Below the pieces are notes generated by a model. That model worked only from the letters and a program-made list of their open reading frames with translations, was not told the DNA's origin and did no database searches. DNA of 18,246 nucleotides from an uncultured bacterium. GTDB lineage: Bacteria > Hydrogenedentota > Hydrogenedentia > Hydrogenedentales > JAEUWI01. The first letter of the stretch is position 1, and the number at the start of each line of letters is the position of its first letter. The stretch is from contig CAXBPH010000131.1 of NCBI GenBank assembly GCA_963977445.1, positions 1 through 18,246 of the forward strand. Direction: 5' to 3'. Shown here one piece after another: positions 1 to 9,265 of this stretch. A program made the translations under genes and the position numbers.

Positions 1-723
1 CTTCCGCGCCACCACAAAGATAGACAGACCCGCCGGCAACGACGCCCACCCCATCCACCGGCGTTCGAGAGCCAACACTGCACCCAGTAGTCGATTTACC
101 CAACCCGGGGTATCCGGATTCAAATCAGAGCCCCGGTCGGGCATCCAACGAAGCACCAGACGACAGGCGACGATGGCAGGAAGGAGCAGGCTATTCCAAT
201 AGGAGGACGAGATAATTTCGAAGCCCCCCGCCCGAAGGAGGCCGTTGATTTCGCCGCGCGTGAACCGGCGCGCTGTATGGACCGCAACATCGTGGGAGGA
301 GTAAAGCCATTGGTAGGCGGGCACGTTGACCACCACACGGCCCCCCGGACGAAGAACACGGCCCACCTCTTTCAAAACCGCACTACGGTCTGCCACCGCG
401 CTGTGATAAAGCACGTCCAGCAGCAGCGCTATGTCGGCCTGCTCATCGGCGAGAGGCAACGCCGTCGCATCCGACCGCAAGAGACGCCCCATTCCCCGTT
501 GTTTACAGAATCCAAGGGCTTCTTCCGCCAAGTCCAGCCCCGTAATCTGATAGGAAGACGAAAGCCGTGCCGCCATACCCCCGGTGCCACAGCCGATATC
601 CACCACCTGGGCCCCCGCCCCACCCTCCTGTTGGCAGACATCGCACACCAGCCGATGCAATCCAACATACCACCAATGGGTATCCTCCACCGATCGCATA
701 CAGCCGTATTCTTCTGCATTCAC
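1..723 (-). CDS. Class I SAM-dependent methyltransferase (stop codon lies beyond the left edge)
   Basis: Not in the ORF track; translated by hand from GTG at 723 with a GAGGAG RBS just upstream: VNAEEYGCMRSVEDTHWWYVGLHRLV...VVDIGCGTGG (motif I)...ITGLDLAEEAL...SDATALPLADEQADIALLLDVLYH...EVGRVLRPGGRVVVNVPAYQWLYSSHD...GLSIFVVARK. The frame is open to base 1. Confidence 0.9.
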   Translation of the reverse strand, partial: MNAEEYGCMRSVEDTHWWYVGLHRLVCDVCQQEGGAGAQVVDIGCGTGGMAARLSSSYQITGLDLAEEALGFCKQRGMGRLLRSDATALPLADEQADIALLLDVLYHSAVADRSAVLKEVGRVLRPGGRVVVNVPAYQWLYSSHDVAVHTARRFTRGEINGLLRAGGFEIISSSYWNSLLLPAIVACRLVLRWMPDRGSDLNPDTPGWVNRLLGAVLALERRWMGWASLPAGLSIFVVARK

Positions 724-861
724 CGTTTGGTGCTCCTCGTTCTCCAGTGGTACCATGGTGCTGGGTCGGTGGTGGCACTGCATAGACCCGATCGTAAACA
801 GTGCCCATGTTCAGGGGCGTATTGTCGCGCGCAAACAATACAGAATCAAGGATGGCATCAT

Positions 862-1659
862 ATGAACACCATTTCCAAGGGGGCATTTGCCTGGCTGCTG
901 ATTGGCCTCACACTCGCAGGATGCGAATCTCGGATTAATCGTCAACGAGATGATTTTGGATTCCTGGCGATCCACAAAGCCACCCGCGCAGGCGACAGTG
1001 CCAAAGTCGCTGAGTTGCTGGACCAGGGAGCCAAGGTAAATGCTGTGGATCTCGATGGACTCACCGCATTGCATTCGGCCGCGAAAGACAATTACATCGA
1101 TATCGCCCGCATGCTACTGGAACACCATGCCGACCCCAAAGCGCTCACCAAGGATGGCTGGGACCCCGTTCAACTCGCCGCATGGCGGGGATACAGCGAT
1201 ATGGTCGAATTACTCATGACCTACAAGGCGGCAGCCAATCACAAAATAGAACGGGGCTGGACGCCGGTCCACATGGCCGCCTTCAAAGGATACCTGCCCA
1301 TTTTAACCATCTTGCGAAAAAACTGGGAATCCTATCAGCTCGATGGCAAGCCCGATTTTGATGCGCCGGACGATGATGGAAACCGCCCCGTTGCCCTCGC
1401 CATGAATGGAGGCCATATGGAGGTCGTTAACTATCTGCTGACCCTTGGCGCAGACATTAACGCCGCAGACGCATCTGGCAACTCCTTACTCCACGGTGCC
1501 GTTCTGCAAGGCGCACACGATGAGATCGCCTTTCTCCTGAGTCAGGGTGCCAACCCCAACAGTCGGGACGGCTCTGGCAGGACCCCCTACACCCTGACCG
1601 TGGAATCTCAGGACGCCGTGGCCGCCAATCTAATCATCCAGGCAGGCGGTGGCGCGTAG
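862..1659 (+). CDS. Ankyrin-repeat lipoprotein (265 aa)
   Basis: Likely start ATG 862 inside ORF 277..1659. Signal peptide MNTISKGAFAWLLIGLTLAGC ends in lipobox LAG-C21. About 6-7 ankyrin repeats follow (DGLTALHSAA, DGWDPVQLAA, RGWTPVHMAA, DGNRPVALAM...GADINA, SGNSLLHGAV...GANPN, SGRTPY). Confidence 0.9.
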   Translation: MNTISKGAFAWLLIGLTLAGCESRINRQRDDFGFLAIHKATRAGDSAKVAELLDQGAKVNAVDLDGLTALHSAAKDNYIDIARMLLEHHADPKALTKDGWDPVQLAAWRGYSDMVELLMTYKAAANHKIERGWTPVHMAAFKGYLPILTILRKNWESYQLDGKPDFDAPDDDGNRPVALAMNGGHMEVVNYLLTLGADINAADASGNSLLHGAVLQGAHDEIAFLLSQGANPNSRDGSGRTPYTLTVESQDAVAANLIIQAGGGA

Positions 1660-2054
1660 TCGCGACGCGCTGCCCTGAGCAACCAGTGCGTTGATTTAAT
1701 CAGAGGCGATGGATTGGTATCGGTCGCTTTTACGGGACTCCCGGAATTTTTGATGCGACGTATGTCCATGAACGACGGGTTCTTGCGAAGGGGCTGTGGG
1801 AAGTCATTGGGGACTGTGTAGTTGTGGGAAGTCTTCAAGAGGTCATGGGGAATAGAGCATTGTGCCTGGCCTTGGCCTTGATGTAGAGACGTAGTCATAC
1901 CGCCCAATCCGCGCACGAACTGGAGTACCAGATCGCGCGGCACGATTGGTGGGTTCAGTTTGTTTTGGCGGGGTGAGTCTTCGTTGCCACTCATTAATTG
2001 CCCATGAACCTAATTTTTGGTGCGACTTACGGCCATGAACGATGGGACAGGCTC

Positions 2055-2900
2055 TTAGATGCCAAGTTCGTCGACCACGGTCGCCCAGGCGCGATTCACG
2101 GGAAAGGGTCCGGCATATTTTACCCACGCAACGTGGCCATCCATGTAGAGCACATTGGCCCCGCCAGGAATGTGGTTGAATCCCTGGGGATCTAAATCGA
2201 TACGGTCGAACATGACCGCAATCGAACTTTGTGAGATATTGGCCTTGGAGGGGTTATTAATATCCGTAATCTGGAAGCGCTCCATCCCCTCTTGAATGCG
2301 CCGCACATCCTGAATTTCCCCGAATTCTGTCGTGAACGACCAGGACGCCGCCAGGAGTCCGGGATCCGGGTCATCAAGTATGTCACGGAGCCCCTCAAGA
2401 AAGGGCTCGCTCACATCCCCCGTGCCCGCCTCGGTTATCCATTCGGTTTTAATAATCCAGTTGGCATAGAAGTAGGATAGCTGGTCAAGGAGGCAGGGGT
2501 TCACCGAGCCGCCTTCACGCGATCCCTGGGGGCCATCGGGCCGGTTCCAACGTCCATTCCGCTCTTCCTGTACCGCATTGAAGCCGGAGGGACACACCAG
2601 CACCCGGCTGTCGGTGAGATACTCTGGGTAGAGGGAGGGACCGTCAAACATGAAAATCCGTGTATTCTTGACGTCGCAAAGATCGCCGATATTGCGCTGC
2701 AGGGACGGGTACTCTCCGCCCGCCTCGTTGGCGTACATCTTGAACGCCAATCCCATCTGACGCAGATTGCTGCCACAGCTCACCCGCCGGGCCGCTTCTC
2801 GTGCACGGCTCAACGCGGGCAGCAACATGGCCGCCAGAATACTGATAATCGCGACCACCACAAGAAGTTCGATTAGTGTAAAGCCCCGTTGTTTGTTCAT
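2055..2900 (-). CDS. Prepilin-type N-terminal cleavage/methylation domain protein, DUF1559 / H-X9-DG family (281 aa)
   Basis: Start at ATG 2900: [60 protein letters not shown]-terminal [17 protein letters not shown] matches the H-X9-DG-type motif. Confidence 0.93.
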   Translation of the reverse strand: MNKQRGFTLIELLVVVAIISILAAMLLPALSRAREAARRVSCGSNLRQMGLAFKMYANEAGGEYPSLQRNIGDLCDVKNTRIFMFDGPSLYPEYLTDSRVLVCPSGFNAVQEERNGRWNRPDGPQGSREGGSVNPCLLDQLSYFYANWIIKTEWITEAGTGDVSEPFLEGLRDILDDPDPGLLAASWSFTTEFGEIQDVRRIQEGMERFQITDINNPSKANISQSSIAVMFDRIDLDPQGFNHIPGGANVLYMDGHVAWVKYAGPFPVNRAWATVVDELGI

Positions 2901-2985
2901 GCCGCCTACCCTCCAGTTTTTTCCGTTAGACCCCAATCGGACTGATGCTAGCATAGCAGCCATGCAACAGACACGCAAACTTGTT

Positions 2986-4098
2986 TCAATCACTTCCGTG
3001 AAAAAAATTGGCGATAGCCGAAGCAACCGTGGCCACCTGATTATCTGGAAATTCCGGATAGAAGGGCAGTGACAAGACCGAATCACAAGCCCCTTCCGCC
3101 ACGGGAAAATCCCCGCAGGCATAGCCCAATTCCCCATAGGCGGGCTGCAGGTGAACCGGGATGGGATAGTGAATCAGGGTCTGAACTCCAGCTTCCAGCA
3201 AATATTGCTGCAAAGCATCCCGGCGTTCCGTGCGGATCGGATAGAGATGGTGGGCCGATTGGGCCCAGGGTGCCACCGCAGGAAGACGAACGGGCACATC
3301 CTGTAGCGCATTGTCATAACGCTTCGCCAGGGAACGCCGTTGCCCATTCCAACCATCAAGGTGGCCCAGCTTGACCCGCAATACGGCCGCCTGTAGCTCA
3401 TCCAGACGACTGTTGATACCGGGGACCGTGTGGGTATACCGTTTCTCCTCACCATAATTCCGGAGCTTTCGGAGCCCGTCGGCCCATTCCGAATTCGACG
3501 TGGTCACGGCACCGCCATCTCCATAGGCCCCCAGATTCTTGGAGGGATAAAAGCTGAAGGCCCCAAGGTGCCCCAATGTCCCACAAGCCCGTCCCTTATA
3601 GGTGGCCCCATGGGCCTGGGCGCAGTCCTCCACCACCACGAGATCATGGGCATCGGCAAAGGCCATGATGGGATCCATATCGCAGGGATGTCCATAGAGG
3701 TGGACCGGCACAATAGCCCGACTCTTGGGCGTAAGAGCGTGGGCCAGTTGCGCGGGATCGAGGGTCAGGGTATCGGGGTGAGCGTCTACAAGGACCGGAC
3801 GTGCCCCCGTTGCCCCAATGCCCGCCACCGTGGGAACGCAGGTATTCGCAACCGTAATGACTTCATCCCCCGGCATGACCCCCGCAACTCGGAGTGCGAG
3901 TTGGATTGCGTCGGTGCCGGAACCCACCCCCACCGCGTGGGCCGCCCCAATCCAGTCGGCAAACTCCTGTTCAAAGGCGCGCCCTTCGTCACCGAGCACA
4001 TACCAGGTTCGCGTAAGCACGCGGTCAATTGCCGCACGCACCTCCCCGTCAATCGCCTTGAACTGAGATTGAAGCTCCACAAAGGGAATCAACGTCAC
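2986..4098 (-). CDS. DegT/DnrJ/EryC1/StrS family PLP-dependent sugar aminotransferase
   Basis: Motifs [61 protein letters not shown] (PLP lysine), [21 protein letters not shown] start at 4098 overlaps the upstream TGA (GTGA coupling). Confidence 0.95.
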   Translation of the reverse strand: MTLIPFVELQSQFKAIDGEVRAAIDRVLTRTWYVLGDEGRAFEQEFADWIGAAHAVGVGSGTDAIQLALRVAGVMPGDEVITVANTCVPTVAGIGATGARPVLVDAHPDTLTLDPAQLAHALTPKSRAIVPVHLYGHPCDMDPIMAFADAHDLVVVEDCAQAHGATYKGRACGTLGHLGAFSFYPSKNLGAYGDGGAVTTSNSEWADGLRKLRNYGEEKRYTHTVPGINSRLDELQAAVLRVKLGHLDGWNGQRRSLAKRYDNALQDVPVRLPAVAPWAQSAHHLYPIRTERRDALQQYLLEAGVQTLIHYPIPVHLQPAYGELGYACGDFPVAEGACDSVLSLPFYPEFPDNQVATVASAIANFFHGSD

Positions 4099-4808
4099 CC
4101 GTCCTTTCCCTGGAGCACCATGCGAAACCAAAGTCCCGAAAGCTGACAGGCCACCCGAAATATACGGGGAAAATTGAAGAATTGTGACTTGCCGTGTTGC
4201 CGCTCATAGTGATGTACCGGCACTTCGGTAACGCGAAAGCCCGCACGCTGAATTTTGGTCATCATCTCGGCGCAGATGACCCCGCTATCGCTTTTCAGCT
4301 CAACTTTATCGAAGACCGAGCGACGGATGAGGCGAAAATCGCAATCTACGTCGCGAAGCTTCAAGCCAAAGGACATTCGAACGAGATGGTGGTAGATGCG
4401 GCCGATGACGATGCGGTGGAGCGGGTCGTGCCGGGTTATTTTGTACCCCTGAACCACGTCCACATCGTCGGAAACCTTTTCCACGAGCCGTTCCAGTTCG
4501 CGCACATCATATTGGGCGTCGCCGTCGGTGTAAAAGATCCAGTCCCCCGTCGCAGCCGCAAAGCCGCTGCGCAAGGCACCACCGTAGCCCCGGTTTTTTT
4601 CATGGCGCACAATCGTCACTTGGGGAAAGCAACGGGAAATCTCGTCCAACAGCGCCAGTGTGTGCTCACCACTGCCATCGTCGATAAGGGTAATATCGTA
4701 GTCCAGGCCCAGACGTTCCGCCGTCTGAATTGACAACATGACCATACTGCCCATGGTCCCCCAGTCGTTGTAACAGGGGTAGAAAATTGAAACGCGGGTC
4801 TTTTCCAT
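4095..4808 (-). CDS. Glycosyltransferase family 2, DPM1/ArnC-like polyprenol-phosphate glycosyltransferase
   Basis: SIFYPCYND, LIDDGSGE, HEKNRGYGGALRSGF, FYTDGDAQY (DxD), RDVDCDFRLIRR, EVPVHHYERQHGKS. Confidence 0.93.
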   Translation of the reverse strand: MEKTRVSIFYPCYNDWGTMGSMVMLSIQTAERLGLDYDITLIDDGSGEHTLALLDEISRCFPQVTIVRHEKNRGYGGALRSGFAAATGDWIFYTDGDAQYDVRELERLVEKVSDDVDVVQGYKITRHDPLHRIVIGRIYHHLVRMSFGLKLRDVDCDFRLIRRSVFDKVELKSDSGVICAEMMTKIQRAGFRVTEVPVHHYERQHGKSQFFNFPRIFRVACQLSGLWFRMVLQGKDG

Positions 4809-4810
4809 AA

Positions 4811-6580
4811 TTACTCCAGAGTTTTCGTGCTAGACAGTAGCACAAATCCGCCTACGGTTTTAAGTGATGTACCCGGCGGCACGTCAGCACGGTTTTCGGG
4901 ACGATCTGGCAGTACCACCACATCGTAGGTACCGAGTAAATTCGAAAGTCCCGTTCCGGTGTCTATAGACCGACCCGCAAAAAAATTCAGCAGACCGGGC
5001 AGCCGTCCACTCGTTGTTACAATGCGGATTTCCTGGGGAAAGGCGGCCAGGGCCCGAACAATCGCCTTCTCCTCCGCCATCTCTACTTTCGTCCCAATCT
5101 CCCGGCCCTGAAGGGTCACCCACCGAAGACCGGGAGCCAGCAGGAGAATCACACAACATGCCCAGAGCACGCGGTTCCGACGGCTCGCCCCCCTATTCAG
5201 GACCTCACCCATCGCCATTGCCAACCAGGGGGCACTGAAGAGGGCAAAAATGGCGTAGGCGTTCCAGAGGTAGCGATGGAGTTGGCCCGGTGTAAAAAAG
5301 TACCACCAGTAGAGCATGAACACCCCATAGAGATAGAGGGCCGCGCCGGCCGGGGTATACCGGTGACGAAATACCAGGGGGACACTCACCACGGCCACGA
5401 CCAGCCAGACCAGGTGGGCAACAGGATTATGAACGACCGAGTTGGCCAGGGCGAAGGGCAGGCTTTCCAGGCCGAAGAGCAGATAGTGCTGGTAGATGGC
5501 CAATAGGCCACCGTCGGCACCTTCCTGGGGGCCGTGATTCGCTTGGGCCAGGGTCCAACATGAAAGGACGGCAAGTCCCCCCATAGTCGGCAACACGACG
5601 TGTACCCAGTGTATCTTCCGAAAGGTTACCCGGTCATAGGCCCAGACGCCTGCAAAACTGAAGACCACCAGCACGACGATGGATTTCGACAGGACCGCCA
5701 ATCCTATAAGTGCCCCCGCCGAGAGGCCCCAGGCATAGCGCTTGGGATGCTCCAGGGCCTCATGCCAGGCGAGTAATCCGAGTAGTAAAAACGTAAAAGC
5801 CGGCACTTCCCCATAGAGGGTACGGCCCAGATAGATGGAAGAAAAGGTGCCCACGAGTAGTCCCACCGACAGGGCGCCAGACCAGCCACCGAAGAGCTTC
5901 CGGCCAAACTGGAAGAAGGCCCCACATAGGACAAGGAAAAAGGCCACCACAATCGCGCGGGCCACAACCAGAGATACGCCAAATACACGGAAGCCCGTTG
6001 CCACCGGCACAATCACCGCAGGGCCGACGGAATCGAAGGAGTCGAAATAGGTAAAACCGGTCTCAGGATGTCCCGAGGCATAGCTGCCGTGAATCGCCAG
6101 ATTGCGGGCCACATTCAGATGGTGAATTTCGTCGGGCGCGGCCCAGGGGTAGTCGCCGATTCGGAACACCAGGAGTCCAAGAATACCGGTAAGTAACAGT
6201 ACCAACAGGCCAATCGCTCGAACCTCAACACGCCGCGGGGGAAACGTCGGCGGTGCAAGCGGGTTCCTTTCGCGAAGTCGCCACAGGCACGTGGCAAAAC
6301 ACGCCGTAATCAGACCAAACGCCACGAATCGAAAGAGCAGTCCCCCCGGCGATTGAATAACGTCAAAGGCGGGATTCTGATGGGTATACACCAGCAGAAT
6401 GAGGGCACCCAAACTCGTGAAGCCGCCGAGAACCATGCCCAGGGTGCTCAGAACACGGAAGCCATCACGCCATGTAAATGGCAGGATAGGAAGGGTAGCA
6501 ATGGACGCCCCGGAGCGGGTGTCGTGTTCGGCTTCCGTCACAGGCAAACATCCTTGTTGGCAACGGTACAGTAGGGTCAC
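4811..6580 (-). CDS. Polytopic membrane glycosyltransferase, ArnT/PMT-like (GT-C fold, GT39/GT83-like); start uncertain
   Basis: Many hydrophobic helices; WAAPDEIHHLNVARNL (DE motif after a TM helix), YGEVPAFTFLLLG, GLAVLSKS, LHRYLW; short soluble C-terminal domain. Stop is 2 nt from the GT2 start. Confidence 0.8.
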   Translation of the reverse strand: MTLLYRCQQGCLPVTEAEHDTRSGASIATLPILPFTWRDGFRVLSTLGMVLGGFTSLGALILLVYTHQNPAFDVIQSPGGLLFRFVAFGLITACFATCLWRLRERNPLAPPTFPPRRVEVRAIGLLVLLLTGILGLLVFRIGDYPWAAPDEIHHLNVARNLAIHGSYASGHPETGFTYFDSFDSVGPAVIVPVATGFRVFGVSLVVARAIVVAFFLVLCGAFFQFGRKLFGGWSGALSVGLLVGTFSSIYLGRTLYGEVPAFTFLLLGLLAWHEALEHPKRYAWGLSAGALIGLAVLSKSIVVLVVFSFAGVWAYDRVTFRKIHWVHVVLPTMGGLAVLSCWTLAQANHGPQEGADGGLLAIYQHYLLFGLESLPFALANSVVHNPVAHLVWLVVAVVSVPLVFRHRYTPAGAALYLYGVFMLYWWYFFTPGQLHRYLWNAYAIFALFSAPWLAMAMGEVLNRGASRRNRVLWACCVILLLAPGLRWVTLQGREIGTKVEMAEEKAIVRALAAFPQEIRIVTTSGRLPGLLNFFAGRSIDTGTGLSNLLGTYDVVVLPDRPENRADVPPGTSLKTVGGFVLLSSTKTLE

Positions 6581-6647
6581 TCGAAGTATAACAAGGCCAC
6601 CGCCACGTCACAACCTCGATAAAGCCGCGCCAACGATACCGGTTCGT

Positions 6648-8966
6648 TCAGGTACCGGTATCCTCCGGGTTCGTTTCCACGTCATCGGGCAGCAAGACCG
6701 TAAACGTCGAGGAGTCACTGCCGCCACCAACCAACTGCACGGTAACGGTGTGTTCGCCCGGCATCAGGGGCCAATCAAGACGTTCCCCGCCGTCTACCTT
6801 GCCAAGATAGCGCCCATCCATAAACCAATGTAGCGGCTCGGACAAGGCACCATGTACCGACAAGGGAATCCGGTCTCCCTGGGGCACCCCGCTCAACACA
6901 TAGGCGGATCCCGCTGGTGGGCTGTTGATTCGCACCATCGTCGCCCCCACGGACCCACCCGACGGGCTCACTGTGCGGGCCTCCACCGTCGACAAGTCCC
7001 ACTCGGTAGCCTGGACAGGGCGGGAGGCCACCACATTCAAACCCGTTTGGGATTGTACGTGCAGGGTACACGTTCGGTTGGTCCACATACCCTTGGGAAG
7101 AACCAGATGGGTACGCTCCGGGCACGTCTCCCTTGCCGGAAGTCCGGACGTAGCACACAGGCTGACCGTCTTACCCGCGGGCGACGGTGGCCACGCGGCC
7201 CCACGGGTTACTGGCAATCCACGAAAAACCGCGCCTGCCAAAGGAAGGGCCGCACGAGCCCCCACCAACTGGCGCGCGCCCCGACCATCGTTATTTCCCA
7301 ACCAGACGGCCACGAGATAATGCTGATTGAAGGCGAAGGTCCAGGCATCGTGGTACCCGGTCGAGGTTCCCGTCTTCCAGCACACCGGCGGGTCATTGCC
7401 CTCCCTTCGCTGGAGGCCCCTACTCACATCGTCGGGAAACGGCTGGACCAGCATGTCGTAGAGCAGCCGAGAAATGCCCCCGTCCAACACCCGCTCGCCA
7501 CCGCCCCTTGGGCCATCCGACTCAATCCGGAGCGCGTTTTGTCGCCCCAGACTGGCGACGGAAAGATACAGCCGGCTCAGGTCCTCCAGGGAGACCTCAC
7601 AATTACCGAGAGCGAGTCCCAGCCCATAGTCAGACGGCTTTCGGTCAATACTCGTCAACCCTTCCGACCGCAGAAATTGATGAAAGCCTGCGACACCGAC
7701 CCGTTCGAGCAAGGCAACGGCCGGAACATTCAACGAGTACCGCAACGCCTCCGTGGCCGTCACCGGGCCGTTAAATATGCCATCAAAGTTGCCCGGCGCA
7801 TAGCGGCCAAAATCCAGCACATCGTCGAGGAGCACTTCCGATGGGTAAAGCTGCTGCTGGGCCATGGCATAGCCATAGAGAAAGGGTTTCAGCGTCGAAC
7901 CCGGCGAACGCAGCGCCCGGCATCCATCGACCTGACCGCCCCCCGGCGTATTCTCGAAGCTCGCCGAGCCAACCCGGGCCAGCAGGGCACCCGAGGAGAC
8001 GTCCACCACCATAACCGCGCCGTTCGTAATGGCCCCGTTAAAGCGCTTGAGGTAGTGCGGTAGCTGGGCCTCCAAATTTCGTTGTATGCCGCCGTCGAGG
8101 GTCAATTTCACCGACTCCCCACGGGACAGCGCGTCGGCGTAATACACGCCCAGATGGGGAGCGCTACGGGGAAAATCGTGCCACGCCACCGTCACGGGGG
8201 TAGCCAACGCCCGCTCACACACGGCCGCTTCGATGTAGCCATCCTTCAACATCCGACGCAACACATAATTTCGCCGATCCCGGGCGCGCTCGGGATGGGC
8301 CAGGGGGTTCAGCCGACTCGGGGCTTTGGGCAATGCCGCGAGCAGGGCCGCCTCGGACAGGGTCAGACTCTGGGCCGACTTGCCAAAGTATCGCCAGGCC
8401 GCCGCCTCGACCCCAATCAAATTCATCCCGTAGGGTGCGCGATTGAGATAGGCCGCCAGAATTTCGGCCTTCGACAAGGATTTTTCCAGGCGCAAGGCAC
8501 CGATGGCCTGACTAACCTTACCCCAAACGCTACGACTGTCATGTCCGCCCAGTTTCACCAACTGCATGGTCAATGTCGAGGCACCCGAGGCCACGCCAGC
8601 ATGACGGATGTTTTGACCCAATGCCCGGGCAATCGCAAGGCCATCGACCCCGTGGTGCCTAAAAAAACGCTGGTCCTCTGCGGCCAGGGTCGCCTGCTCC
8701 AGATAGGGATTAACCCCGCCATCCCCTTGTGGCAGCGACCACGTATCCGCCGCACTCAAGGATACATAGAGCCTCCCCCCAGAACTATCCAGCAATTGCC
8801 CCGAGTGCGCAACAGAAACATAGGGGGCCGGATCCAGGGCGGGCAAAAGCCACCAACCGGCGAAGCAAACCAACAGACACAGGAGTGCCATTGCGATTGC
8901 AAGGGGGCCCCTGCGTCGCACGTGTGCCAAATATTTTTTTATCCTGACCATCACCATTTGTCTCAC
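6648..8966 (-). CDS. pbpC: Penicillin-binding protein 1C (transglycosylase, transpeptidase and C-terminal domain)
   Basis: N-terminal TM helix; TG motifs AAEDQRFFRHHGVD, GASTLTMQLVK, LSKAEILAAYLNRAPYG; TP motifs SPGSTLKPF (SxxK), YSLNVP (SxN), WKTGTS (KTG); PBP1C-type C-terminus LHWFMDGRYLG...PGEHTVTV. The start could be one of the nearby ATGs (8957/8951). Confidence 0.92.
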   Translation of the reverse strand: MRQMVMVRIKKYLAHVRRRGPLAIAMALLCLLVCFAGWWLLPALDPAPYVSVAHSGQLLDSSGGRLYVSLSAADTWSLPQGDGGVNPYLEQATLAAEDQRFFRHHGVDGLAIARALGQNIRHAGVASGASTLTMQLVKLGGHDSRSVWGKVSQAIGALRLEKSLSKAEILAAYLNRAPYGMNLIGVEAAAWRYFGKSAQSLTLSEAALLAALPKAPSRLNPLAHPERARDRRNYVLRRMLKDGYIEAAVCERALATPVTVAWHDFPRSAPHLGVYYADALSRGESVKLTLDGGIQRNLEAQLPHYLKRFNGAITNGAVMVVDVSSGALLARVGSASFENTPGGGQVDGCRALRSPGSTLKPFLYGYAMAQQQLYPSEVLLDDVLDFGRYAPGNFDGIFNGPVTATEALRYSLNVPAVALLERVGVAGFHQFLRSEGLTSIDRKPSDYGLGLALGNCEVSLEDLSRLYLSVASLGRQNALRIESDGPRGGGERVLDGGISRLLYDMLVQPFPDDVSRGLQRREGNDPPVCWKTGTSTGYHDAWTFAFNQHYLVAVWLGNNDGRGARQLVGARAALPLAGAVFRGLPVTRGAAWPPSPAGKTVSLCATSGLPARETCPERTHLVLPKGMWTNRTCTLHVQSQTGLNVVASRPVQATEWDLSTVEARTVSPSGGSVGATMVRINSPPAGSAYVLSGVPQGDRIPLSVHGALSEPLHWFMDGRYLGKVDGGERLDWPLMPGEHTVTVQLVGGGSDSSTFTVLLPDDVETNPEDTGT

Positions 8967-9197
8967 ATACCGTGTCTTTCACGATTGTAACATCCCGACT
9001 TCCTATCCCCCACTACGCCTGGAGGTTCCAAAACCCACCCCTTTCCTTACAACGGATACCGCTGCGTGAAATGGACTTCGCCCTGCAACCGTTGGGCGCG
9101 CACGCAAAATAGCGTATGAAAATAAGACACTTTTCACTTCCAGGAGTCCTTCTTTCAAAAAAACTTGTCAAAACGAACAAAAATACCTTTATTTCCC

Positions 9198-9226
9198 TTG
9201 AATACTGCAATACTTTGTACTACCAT
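9198..9226 (+). promoter_or_regulatory. Putative sigma70-type promoter for kinase 1
   Basis: TTGAAT (9198-9203), 17-nt spacer, TACCAT (9221-9226) in the AT-rich divergent intergenic region, about 40 nt before the likely start. Confidence 0.45.
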
Positions 9227-9265
9227 CGCAGCAGTCTACTATTTGACCTAACGGACTCCATGACG

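Noticed and set aside
277..861. N-terminal 195 aa of the 460-aa ORF as part of the ankyrin protein
   Set aside because: It is the antisense shadow of the minus-strand methyltransferase; the lipoprotein signal begins at ATG 862.
1608..1994. 128-aa minus-strand ORF in the convergent gap
   Set aside because: It overlaps the ankyrin gene end and has no clear RBS or protein-like motifs.
2901..3137. N-terminal extension of the 360-aa DUF1559 ORF
   Set aside because: It overlaps the DegT gene, and the prepilin leader defines the start at 2900.
6852..8990. Long plus-strand ORFs (403 and 302 aa), and similar antisense ORFs such as 10022..11386 and 17704..18237
   Set aside because: Antisense shadows of well-supported genes, as expected in GC-rich DNA.
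9116..9259. N-terminal extension of the kinase ORF
   Set aside because: AT-rich promoter-like DNA; the paralogue alignment begins at MREYD (9266).
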